IMG/VR virus record: IMGVR_UViG_3300028586_000049
Span: 1 to 37,846 of that record
Reading direction: 5' to 3' (one strand)
DNA: 37,846 nucleotides
Source of the DNA: a virus
Taxonomy: Duplodnaviria > Caudoviricetes
This document shows positions 27,512 through 36,170 of the stretch, one piece after another; the stretch's first letter is position 1; every line of letters starts with the position of its first letter. Under the pieces are notes generated by a model. It did not search any database, had not been told where the DNA came from, and saw only the letters and a program-made list of their open reading frames with translations. The translations under genes were made by a program, and so were the position numbers.

Positions 27512-30500
27512 ATGCTATCGTCAAACCTTAATAAAAAGTGGCCGCTTGGTTCACTGTCAGAAGACATCTTTTTGAAGACGGCTCATGAGCACGAATGGTC
27601 CGTGGTCGGCTCTAAAGGAGGTGAGGCCAAGCAGAAGCAGCCTACGATCACGGAGAACGGGACGCCCTCGCTGGCGACGGCGCGGATCGTTTACTTGTGG
27701 AGCTGGGGTCCCATCGTCGGGCCAGTGAATGGCCTACGGTCGGTTAAACTCGACGGCACACCGCTGGTGGGCGAGGACGGGACGGTAAATTACCCAGGCG
27801 TGAAGTGGCAGTTTCGCAATGGCGAGCTGAACCAGACGCGTTTGGAAGGTATCGCCGAGTCGAGCAACGAAGTCGACGTAAACCAGCAGCTACTCAGCAC
27901 GACGCCATACCTGCGCACCGTGAACAACCCGGTGCTGGACGCGCTGCGTGTGCGCCTGAGCTGGCCGCAGCTTCAATCGCAGGACCAGAGCGGCAACGTC
28001 AACGGCGTGCGGATCGATTACGCCATCGACATCGCCACGGATGGCGGGCCATTCGTTCAGGTGCTGGCCTCGTTCGTCGACCGCAAGAACGTCACGAAGT
28101 ACGAGCGCAGCCACCGCCTCGACTTGCCAGCGGGCAGCCGCTGGACGATGCGCGTGCGCCGGATCACACCAGAGGCCAACAGCTCGCTGGTGCAAGACGC
28201 CATGTTCGTCGAGGCCGTGGCCGAGGTCGTGGATAGCGATCAGGAATTCCCGCTTACGGCCGTGGGCTGCATCGAATACGACGCCCAGCAGTTCGGCGGC
28301 GATATTGCCAAAATCGCTGTGCTGATGCGTGGGCGCATCGTTAGCGTGCCGACTAACTACGATCCGGAGTCACGGACCTACGCTACGTCTGGTGCTGGCA
28401 CAAGTGGAGGTATCTGGGACGGTACGTTCAAAGAGGCCTACACCAACAACCCGGCGTGGGTCTGCTACGACCTCGCGCTGAACCCTTACTACGGCTTGGG
28501 TCACCGCATCGATGCCACGATGGTGGACCGCTGGAGCCTGTATCGCATCGGGCAGTACTGCGATCAGATGGTCCCGGACGGGCAGGGTGGCATGCATCCG
28601 CGGTTGACCTGCAACATCTACCTGCAGAAGCAGGCCGACGCCTATGCCGTGCTGCAGGACCTTTCTTCCATCTTCCACGGTATGAGTACGTGGGATGGCA
28701 GCCAGATCACGTTCAACGCTGATATGCCCGGAGACCCGGTTTACACCTACAACCCGGCGCAGATTCTCGGCGGCGACATCAAATACTCGGGCACGCGCGC
28801 GCGCGACCGCCACAACCTGGCAATGGTCAGTTGGGACAATCCGGCCCAAGGCTTCGATACCGACAAAGAACCGGTGTTTGATGATGAGGTGCTGGCGCAG
28901 ACGGGGTCGGTCAATGAAATGACCGTTGACGCTTACGGCTGCACATCACTTGGGCAGGCGCAGCGGGCGGGCCAGTACGCACTGATCACCGAGCAGACCC
29001 AAACGCGAGGCGCGACATTTCGCGTCGGGCTGGATGGCGGTATTCCGAAAACCGGCCAGATCATTGCTGTGGCCGATCCCATGCTTTCAGGCCGCGCCAA
29101 CGGCGGACGTATCAGCGCCGTGGCTGGTCGTGTGGTCACGGTAGACCGCGATATCGATCTGTCCACCGGCGCCAAGCTGCGCGTGAACCTGCCAAGCGGT
29201 AAGACAGAGGCCAGGGTGATTGCATCGCTCAGCGGTCGACGTGTGACGCTGGCGGCCAGCTTCAGCGAAGTGCCAGAGCCGGAGTGCGGCTGGATACTCG
29301 AGTACGACGACCTCAAGACCATGCAGTTTCTGGTGCGCAACATCACCCGGCCTGAGTGGCACCAGTACCAGCTGGAGTGCATCCAGCACGAACCGAGCAA
29401 GTTTGCGGCAATCGACTCGGGCGCAGTGTTGGACATACGCCCGATCAGCGGCATTCCGGTCGGCGTGCAGGTCGCGCCCGGCGCCGTGTTCGTCACTCAG
29501 CATGTGGTGATCGAGCAGGGTATCGCCGTCACGTTCATGACAATCAGTTGGGACGCTGCACCTGGTGCGGTCAGCTACGACGTGGAATGGAAGTGGGGCG
29601 CTCGGGAGTGGGTCAAGGTGCCGCGCACCGGCGAGCTTTCGGTGGACGTGCGCGGGATATACTCCGGCCAGTACATGGCCAGGGTGCGCGCCGTCAGCGC
29701 GCTGAATGTCTCGTCTCTGCCGACCAGCTCGCTGCTGACCAACCTGCAGGGCAAAACCAGTTTGCCGCCTGCTGTGACGTCGTTGACCGCTGCATCGCTG
29801 ATTTTCGGTATCGGCCTGAAATGGACTTTCCCACCTGGTGCAGAGGATACGCAGCGGACGGAAATCTGGTACGGGCCGTCCACCGAGCTGGCCAAGGCCA
29901 CGAAGCTCAGCGACCTGGCGTATCCGCAATCTGAATACGTCATGCAAGGGCTGTTGGCGGGCGTGACTTTCTTCTTTTGGGCACGCCTTGTAGACCGCAC
30001 TGGAAACATCGGCCCATGGTATCCGGTCGGCAACGGCGTCATGGGACAGGCCAGCAGCGATGCCGGTCCGATCCTTGAGCTGATTGCCGATCAGATCAGC
30101 GAAACTGAGCTGGCTCAGAGGCTTCTGGAACGAATAGATCTGATCGATGGCGACGGGCCGGGATCAGTCAACGAGCGTCTGGACGAGCTGAAGTCTGAGA
30201 TCGGGGAAATCACCGATGCGCTGGTCTACGTCCCGACTGACGCCTATGTCCGCGACAACACGGTGCGCGTGGGCGACAACCTCTGGACGGCCATCGTGAA
30301 CGTCCCGGCGAATGCCAGCGGCGCGAATGGTCCGCCCAACCCGACGTACTGGGTGAACAGCGGTCAGTCGATCCGCACGGCCTACGCTCTTGCAGCGCAG
30401 GTCACGAAGAATACCGCAGACATCACCACAGTGGACGGGAAGACCTCAGCCACGGCCACCCAGCTCCAGGCGGTGCAGGCCGCTTCGAGAGGGGACGCCG

Positions 30501-31315
30501 GGGACGGCGATCTGCTTGACGCGCTAAACGGCTGGCAGAGCACAGCCAGCGCAGCACAGGAAGTGAAGATCAGGGCCGAAGATGATTTTGCGCAGGCCCA
30601 GCGCACCACGACGCTTCAGGCTCGTGTAGGCACCAACGAAGCTCGGATTGCCACAGTCGAAACGACTACCGCGACAGATCGAGAGACGACGGCGCAGCAG
30701 ATATCTACGCTCACTGCGTCTATCGGCACGAATCAGGCTGCCATCCAGTCCGAGGCTACCGCCAGGGCGACCGCAGACGGCGCGCTGTCAACGCGTCTCG
30801 AGCAAGTGCAGGCAGTAGCAGGCGATGCCAGTGCAGCAGTGCAGGTGGTAAGTGCTGCTCAAGCCAGCACGGATAGAAGGCTGTCGGCGCAGTTTACGGT
30901 CAAGCTTCAGGTTACCTCGAACGGCCAGTATGTAATGGCGGCAATCGGAGCCGGTATCGAGAACGTGGGCGGCGTTCTGCAGAGTCAGATTCTTATGTCA
31001 GCTGATCGCTTTGCGTTGGTGAACACGCTGGCGGGCGGCGCGATATCGACGCCGTTTGTTGCCCAGAACGGCCAACTTTTCCTCGGCCCCACCTTCATTA
31101 TGGATGGCACGATTACCAACGCGAAAATCGGAAGCTTCATCAGCTCTACTGACTACGTGGCTGGGCAGCGTGGGTGGATATTGCGCAAGGATGGAACGCT
31201 CGAGATCAATGGGTCAGGCGCTGGCGGCGGCCGACTGGTGGTAACCAATCGATCGGTCCGGGTCTACGACGGAAACAGCGTCAAACGCGTGCAGTTGGGA
31301 GATCTCAGCGAATGA
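27512..31315 (+). CDS. Host-specificity/central tail tip protein (lambda gpJ-like); start uncertain
   Basis: GSKGG, GPI.G, WDGTFK.AYTNNPAW, FnIII-like repeats, coiled coil, DUF1983-like C-terminus. Confidence 0.95.
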   Translation: MLSSNLNKKWPLGSLSEDIFLKTAHEHEWSVVGSKGGEAKQKQPTITENGTPSLATARIVYLWSWGPIVGPVNGLRSVKLDGTPLVGEDGTVNYPGVKWQFRNGELNQTRLEGIAESSNEVDVNQQLLSTTPYLRTVNNPVLDALRVRLSWPQLQSQDQSGNVNGVRIDYAIDIATDGGPFVQVLASFVDRKNVTKYERSHRLDLPAGSRWTMRVRRITPEANSSLVQDAMFVEAVAEVVDSDQEFPLTAVGCIEYDAQQFGGDIAKIAVLMRGRIVSVPTNYDPESRTYATSGAGTSGGIWDGTFKEAYTNNPAWVCYDLALNPYYGLGHRIDATMVDRWSLYRIGQYCDQMVPDGQGGMHPRLTCNIYLQKQADAYAVLQDLSSIFHGMSTWDGSQITFNADMPGDPVYTYNPAQILGGDIKYSGTRARDRHNLAMVSWDNPAQGFDTDKEPVFDDEVLAQTGSVNEMTVDAYGCTSLGQAQRAGQYALITEQTQTRGATFRVGLDGGIPKTGQIIAVADPMLSGRANGGRISAVAGRVVTVDRDIDLSTGAKLRVNLPSGKTEARVIASLSGRRVTLAASFSEVPEPECGWILEYDDLKTMQFLVRNITRPEWHQYQLECIQHEPSKFAAIDSGAVLDIRPISGIPVGVQVAPGAVFVTQHVVIEQGIAVTFMTISWDAAPGAVSYDVEWKWGAREWVKVPRTGELSVDVRGIYSGQYMARVRAVSALNVSSLPTSSLLTNLQGKTSLPPAVTSLTAASLIFGIGLKWTFPPGAEDTQRTEIWYGPSTELAKATKLSDLAYPQSEYVMQGLLAGVTFFFWARLVDRTGNIGPWYPVGNGVMGQASSDAGPILELIADQISETELAQRLLERIDLIDGDGPGSVNERLDELKSEIGEITDALVYVPTDAYVRDNTVRVGDNLWTAIVNVPANASGANGPPNPTYWVNSGQSIRTAYALAAQVTKNTADITTVDGKTSATATQLQAVQAASRGDAGDGDLLDALNGWQSTASAAQEVKIRAEDDFAQAQRTTTLQARVGTNEARIATVETTTATDRETTAQQISTLTASIGTNQAAIQSEATARATADGALSTRLEQVQAVAGDASAAVQVVSAAQASTDRRLSAQFTVKLQVTSNGQYVMAAIGAGIENVGGVLQSQILMSADRFALVNTLAGGAISTPFVAQNGQLFLGPTFIMDGTITNAKIGSFISSTDYVAGQRGWILRKDGTLEINGSGAGGGRLVVTNRSVRVYDGNSVKRVQLGDLSE

Positions 31316-31632
31316 GCAATGGAATGAGGGTGTGGGGCGCAGACGCTGCGCTCCAGCTGGACGAAACATCCTTCACGATCCGGGTTTCACTCAGCACGCT
31401 CGTGACGTTTTCCGGGAGCGGTAAAACCAGTCAGGACTTTTCCGTTCCGGGAGTAGGGCCGTCTAACGGTGTCGCTATCGTCGTTCCGGTAGGGGTTTAC
31501 GATAACAATCAAAAACAGCTGGAAACCGAATTATTGGAAGGTGTGGCGAGGGTCTATAACCACACCAGAACCTATGGATCAAGCACTGTGGCCTCGGGGA
31601 CGATGAGACTTATTGTTATGAGGTTTTCCTGA
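31312..31632 (+). CDS. Small tail-tip protein
   Basis: ATGA-coupled to J; G.RVW...LD N-terminal motif. Confidence 0.75.
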   Translation: MSNGMRVWGADAALQLDETSFTIRVSLSTLVTFSGSGKTSQDFSVPGVGPSNGVAIVVPVGVYDNNQKQLETELLEGVARVYNHTRTYGSSTVASGTMRLIVMRFS

Positions 31633-32312
31633 TGACCTATGGCCTGGAGTTTTCAAATAACAGCGACGTCGTGGTCTTGGATTCGGAGTACGCTCGTTTG
31701 ATGGTTATCGCCTCTGGGCGTTATCAACCAACTGAGGAAAGCGGACTTGGCTCCACTACTTACTTTGCACGGCCTGTTACATCGCAAGAGCCACCGCTAG
31801 TCTTTGTTCGGCCGGATACAGTGAATGCGATTGCGGGGCTTTGCAGGATGAGGCTGATAGGCTCGGCCGGTAACTGGACTGGTTTTTACGTGCGGGCTTA
31901 TAACGTAAACACCGCGCAACCAAACGGTCGATATTTTGTCGCGCAGTTCGGGGCTCAACCTGTTGCTGACTATGGAATGCGTCTATGGGATGGAAGCACA
32001 AAGCTGCTTTTCGACTCAGGCACGGCGAATGCCAATTTCACTCGATCATTTCAGAACTGGACATATGTTACAGCTGATCGTGACGCACAGGGGCTCACGC
32101 GATGTTACTACTCGGTCCCATTCAATTTCCCGGAGAACGAATATCTTTTGATTAATTCTTTTGGGATGCCGCTGAATGCAGGGAGTGCAATTCCGCGTGA
32201 TCTTTATTGTTGGTGGGACTTTCCGAATTCCACTTTATATGCGATCACGGTCGCTTCCTCTAATCCAATCGCGTTCTTCTTGCCTGCTGTTTTCGCAAAG
32301 ATGAGCGTTTAA
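31632..32312 (+). CDS. Tail-tip accessory protein
   Basis: YGL...N...V.LDS and YGMRLWD...LFDS motifs; translationally coupled. Confidence 0.75.
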   Translation: MTYGLEFSNNSDVVVLDSEYARLMVIASGRYQPTEESGLGSTTYFARPVTSQEPPLVFVRPDTVNAIAGLCRMRLIGSAGNWTGFYVRAYNVNTAQPNGRYFVAQFGAQPVADYGMRLWDGSTKLLFDSGTANANFTRSFQNWTYVTADRDAQGLTRCYYSVPFNFPENEYLLINSFGMPLNAGSAIPRDLYCWWDFPNSTLYAITVASSNPIAFFLPAVFAKMSV

Positions 32313-32335
32313 TTAAATTTGTAGAGTGAATAACT

Positions 32336-33679
32336 ATGCCGTGGCTTAGAGGCGGAACTGTGTCCGTTACAAACGGATCGACTTCTGTAGTTGGCGTGAA
32401 CGCTGGGTTTGATGCGAACGCACGTGTAGGAGATGCTTTCATCGGTCCGGACGGCCTTAATTATGAAGTCGCGAATGTGGCCAGCCCTACGGTGATTTCA
32501 ATTCTGCCAGCTTACAAGGGGCCGACTGTCAGCGGTTCTGCCTATGCAATCATGCCCGTTCAGGGCTACCCGAAGTTGTTGGTTGATGCATTCAATCAAC
32601 TCAGGGTTCAGTTCGGCGACAAGATGGCGGCGCTGGGCACGACCGGCAACTACGACACGTTGCCGGTGCTGAAGGGTGGTACCGGTGCTGTAGATATTCC
32701 GGGGGCGCTCACTAATCTGGGCTTGAGAGGCGGGTCGAACGACATCCTGGTGAAGAGCATCGGGCTTCGTGGCGTGCCGGTTGGCTACAACACCCAAGGG
32801 CTTTACTTTGGGTGGAACGGCAACGGCGACGGAGGGGCGAACTATATCTGCAACCGCGGTGGCGGCGCAGGCGGGCACGCATGGTGGTCTGTGAACTCGG
32901 ACAACACCGCTGCCGGACCGGTAATGACGTACTCCTATAGCGGCGTTCTTTCCGTCGCTCAGTTAAGCGTCACCCAGAGCCCAATCGCCATATCTTCGGG
33001 CGGGACTGGTGCCACCAATGCTGCGCAGGCGCGCACCAACCTTGGCTTTGCCGCCGGAGGATCGTTCGTCTCTGGATCAATGGAGCTTATCGGGCCGACG
33101 CCGTACATCGACTTCCACTACAACAGCACTACCGCCGACTACGACGTAAGACTGATGAACAGTGGTGCCGGGACTTTGACTCTTGCTGGAAAATTCGCTT
33201 CGACAGGTACGTGGTGCCGGGGCGGAGCTACGGCAGGGCAAGGCAGCACGGTTTACAATTTCAACTGGACCGGGTCTAACGTGGACGTGTGGATTGACAC
33301 CACCTACGTCGGAACGATGACGCTTTTTACGTCGGACTACCGCATCAAGAAGTACATCAAGGACGCTGCAACTCCTTCCTATCTGGATAGGATCGACGCC
33401 TATCGCATCGTAACCTACCAACGCAAGAACTTTGGGGACGTTTTCAAAGGGGGTACTACAACCTTCCAAGGCTTGATTGCCCACGAAGCGCAGGCGGTGA
33501 ACCCTTTCGCCGCTTCCGGTGAAAAAGACGGAGTAGATGCGGAAGGCAACCCATTAATCCAACAGCTCGACCCGATGGCGCTGATCACGGATCTGATTGG
33601 CGCCGTCAAAGAGCTGCGCGCCGAGGTGATCGCGCTTAAGGCTTCGATGCAGTCCCCGCCGGAGCAGGCCGCAGCGTAA
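32336..33679 (+). CDS. Tail fibre with C-terminal intramolecular chaperone (peptidase S74)
   Basis: W...GTVSVTNGS N-terminus; GGTGA....A.TNLG x2; SDYRIKK cleavage motif; GLIAHE; terminal coiled coil. Confidence 0.9.
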   Translation: MPWLRGGTVSVTNGSTSVVGVNAGFDANARVGDAFIGPDGLNYEVANVASPTVISILPAYKGPTVSGSAYAIMPVQGYPKLLVDAFNQLRVQFGDKMAALGTTGNYDTLPVLKGGTGAVDIPGALTNLGLRGGSNDILVKSIGLRGVPVGYNTQGLYFGWNGNGDGGANYICNRGGGAGGHAWWSVNSDNTAAGPVMTYSYSGVLSVAQLSVTQSPIAISSGGTGATNAAQARTNLGFAAGGSFVSGSMELIGPTPYIDFHYNSTTADYDVRLMNSGAGTLTLAGKFASTGTWCRGGATAGQGSTVYNFNWTGSNVDVWIDTTYVGTMTLFTSDYRIKKYIKDAATPSYLDRIDAYRIVTYQRKNFGDVFKGGTTTFQGLIAHEAQAVNPFAASGEKDGVDAEGNPLIQQLDPMALITDLIGAVKELRAEVIALKASMQSPPEQAAA

Positions 33680-33702
33680 CGAAATAACAGCGGCACCCGC
33701 AC

Positions 33703-33727
33703 CCCGCCATCGAGCGGGTATTTTTTT
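33703..33727 (+). terminator. Intrinsic terminator-like hairpin
   Basis: CCCGC-CATCGA-GCGGG-TA-T7. Confidence 0.75.
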
Positions 33728-33741
33728 GCCTGGAGAAAGAC

Positions 33742-34179
33742 ATGCCTGTAACCGAAAAAGATCGCGACGTATTAGCTCGAACCCTGTGGGGCGAGGCGCG
33801 TGGCGAGGGGTTGCCTGGACAGATCGCCGTAGCTTGGTCTATTCGCAACCGCGTGGAAATGGATCTGCATAACGACGGAAAACCGGATTGGTGGGGGGAA
33901 GGCTATGCCGGCGTATGCCTCAAGCCTTGGCAGTTCAGCTGCTGGAATAAAAACGACCCCAACTACCCGTTCCTCAGTGGCGCAAAGGCGATCCCGTTCC
34001 GCGAGTTCGCCCAGGCTCGAATCGCAGCTGACCAGGTCATTGAGGGCAAGCAGCCGGACCCGACTGGCGGTGCCACTCATTATTATTCAACCACAATGCC
34101 AAAAGCTCCGACGTGGGCGGCCAAGGCTCGGCAAACGCTCAAGCTCGGGCATCACATCTTTTTCAAGGATGTTCCATGA
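33742..34179 (+). CDS. Endolysin, SleB/Hydrolase_2 family
   Basis: LARTLWGEARGE...VA..I.NR...QFSCWN...DPTGGATHY...H.F. Confidence 0.92.
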   Translation: MPVTEKDRDVLARTLWGEARGEGLPGQIAVAWSIRNRVEMDLHNDGKPDWWGEGYAGVCLKPWQFSCWNKNDPNYPFLSGAKAIPFREFAQARIAADQVIEGKQPDPTGGATHYYSTTMPKAPTWAAKARQTLKLGHHIFFKDVP

Positions 34180-34682
34180 GCCAATTCTATTCACGACTCG
34201 GGGCGGCGTTGTTGATCCTGCTGGCCGTGGCTGGTGCGCTGTACGGCGCATACCGGCACGGCGCGAACGTCACGGATATGGCATGGCAGGCGAAGTGGGC
34301 CAAACAGATCAGCACCCAGTCACAGGCCGTGGCCACCACCACGAACGAATATCGAACCGAAGAGCAACGCCGCCAGAAAGCGGCCAACCAGGTGGCAAAT
34401 GATGCGAGACAAGAACAGACCGCTGCGATCGCTGATGCTGTTGTCGCTGACGCTTCTGGCGACCGGCTGCGCAGTGAAGCCGGAAAGCTGGCAGCTTCCG
34501 CTAGTTGCGTGCCCAACGATCCCAGAATTGCCGCTCGAGGCAAGAACGCCACCCGCGCCGCCATGGTGCTCTCCGACCTGCTCAGCCGGGCTGACGCGCG
34601 AGCGGGAGAGCTGGCACGCTACGCTGATCAGCTCAGAATAGCGGGGAAAGCGTGCGAAGCGGCGCACAGCTCCTTGCGATGA
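34176..34682 (+). CDS. i-spanin-like protein (DUF2514-like), set 2
   Basis: N-terminal TM, Ala-rich coiled coil, ELARYAD....G.ACE C-terminus; ATGA-coupled to the endolysin. Confidence 0.85.
   Translation: MSQFYSRLGAALLILLAVAGALYGAYRHGANVTDMAWQAKWAKQISTQSQAVATTTNEYRTEEQRRQKAANQVANDARQEQTAAIADAVVADASGDRLRSEAGKLAASASCVPNDPRIAARGKNATRAAMVLSDLLSRADARAGELARYADQLRIAGKACEAAHSSLR
34399..34641 (+). CDS. Embedded o-spanin lipoprotein (Rz1-like), set 2
   Basis: +1 frame inside the previous gene: MMRDKNRPLRSLMLLSLTLLATG-C lipobox, Pro-rich mature part with three more Cys. Confidence 0.75.
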   Translation: MMRDKNRPLRSLMLLSLTLLATGCAVKPESWQLPLVACPTIPELPLEARTPPAPPWCSPTCSAGLTRERESWHATLISSE

Positions 34683-34737
34683 ACAAACCCGCTCAGTGGA
34701 GGGCCGGGGTAGATCGGACAGGGTGGGGGTGAAATGG

Positions 34738-34766
34738 AAAAGCCCAACGCTATGGCTGGGCTATTT
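34738..34766. terminator. Bidirectional terminator between lysis genes and the TIR gene
   Basis: AAAAGCCCA-ACGCTATGGC-TGGGCT-ATTT. Confidence 0.7.
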
Positions 34767-34777
34767 ATTTCTACTTA

Positions 34778-35917
34778 TTATATTATTACCGCTTTGCCAA
34801 AAAGAAGATTTCTAAAGCCAAGTTCTACGGATCGCTCAAGGCTCTGAGAGGGGACGTTCGCAGAGAAACTGCCAGCAGCATAAGGTCCTACTTCATACGG
34901 GCTGAATAATACGGTCAGACCTTTTTCAGTTATTACGCAGTTGTCTTCTGGATGGGAGTTTACGCCTGCATTGATCCACTTCATTGCTTCGCTATCTGGA
35001 AAATCGCCCATTCTTTCCCAGTACTCTCGCTGGATGTCTTGAATACATGCTTTTATAATAATGTTCTTAGCAGCTTGCCAGTCGTCAAAAAGCTCAACAA
35101 TTTCTAGTGGAAAGATCTTTGATCCTACAATCGCAAAGTTATGACATTCGAAATTGGTGTTCGGATGCGCTGCTCCTGCGCCATACAAGCCGACGGTATA
35201 GGACAGACTGACGAAGTGCTCGTCTGCATAAGATATGCTGTAGTGGTCCCAGCGACCATTGTTTGTTCCGAAGCAGCTATCTTCATTCGTCTGATGCCAC
35301 GGCCTGCTACGACTTTTAAGCAAGGTATTATATGCTCGTCCCGCAAAGATGTTAGATAAGGCGATGGCTGCGTCAGGTAGAGTTGCAGAGGTAAATCGGG
35401 GGTAGCTAATTTGGATATTATGACCCGGCATTCCCTCCCAGTCTTCAGAAATTGATTCTTCAAATACTCTAAATGGACCATGCGGGGCGCCAGTCTCTGA
35501 TATTATCTGCTGCTCTATTTTTGCGAGTTCTAGCGATTTTAATACTTTTTCCCAAGACCCATTTTCGAAGTGGTAAACAAATTGAAGTCTATCGCTGATA
35601 TGTGCGGGGACTTCGCATTGTTCCAGTAGAATGGGGATGATGTAGATGTCGGAAAGCAGTTTAGACTTTAGATTTTCCATGGCTTGATTTGCTTCACGCT
35701 GAACAAACCCCCTTTTATTGACGCTGGCTTGGCTCAGGAAAAGCATAACGACGTTCGAATCAGCGAGAGCTTGGTCGATTTCCCAGCTCCAATTTTGTCC
35801 AGGAACCAGCCGTTCGACGTCCATCCACGGTTCAAAGCCGCTGGCCTGTAATTTCGCATAGTAGGGGTGGACCTGAGCCTGATCCGCTTTTGTATAGCTC
35901 AGAAAAACCTTCAGCAT
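34778..35917 (-). CDS. TIR domain fused to RsiV/PdaC-like (DUF4163+DUF3298) domain
   Basis: N-terminal VFLSY...WMD...PGQNW..EI..AL...FLS..S....FVQRE...IIPILLE; C-terminal ISYP, VSL, G.GAAHP, N..I...GL.V.F.PYEVGPYAAG; GGAGA SD; no TM segment. Confidence 0.88.
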   Translation of the reverse strand: MLKVFLSYTKADQAQVHPYYAKLQASGFEPWMDVERLVPGQNWSWEIDQALADSNVVMLFLSQASVNKRGFVQREANQAMENLKSKLLSDIYIIPILLEQCEVPAHISDRLQFVYHFENGSWEKVLKSLELAKIEQQIISETGAPHGPFRVFEESISEDWEGMPGHNIQISYPRFTSATLPDAAIALSNIFAGRAYNTLLKSRSRPWHQTNEDSCFGTNNGRWDHYSISYADEHFVSLSYTVGLYGAGAAHPNTNFECHNFAIVGSKIFPLEIVELFDDWQAAKNIIIKACIQDIQREYWERMGDFPDSEAMKWINAGVNSHPEDNCVITEKGLTVLFSPYEVGPYAAGSFSANVPSQSLERSVELGFRNLLFGKAVII

Positions 35918-36170
35918 AGGATCTCCTTGTCCATTTGTGAGGCCGGTACCCGTTGGGCTGTGATAAAGCTAGCATTACTGAGCCAAAACGGCCCTGAAAT
36001 ACACAAAAAAGGACTGCGTAAAACTCTAACTGATTGACTAATATAGATTGTTTGTGCTGGTCGGGGGGTTAGCCTGCGTCCACGCCTTGCAAACCGGGGC
36101 TGAGAGGTTCGAGGCTGGCATAAAATTATCATTATGTCATTATCGCCATTTTAATCAGGCTGGGTGGTCT

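Noticed and set aside
31312-33679. Tail-fibre shufflon or diversity-generating retroelement driven by the internal recombinase
   Set aside because: No inverted fibre cassettes, crossover repeats, template/variable repeat pair or reverse transcriptase were seen
34778-35917. Canonical Thoeris, CBASS or Pycsar TIR component
   Set aside because: No ThsA, cyclase, STING, SAVED or cNMP-binding partner is visible; the fused domain is DUF3298-like
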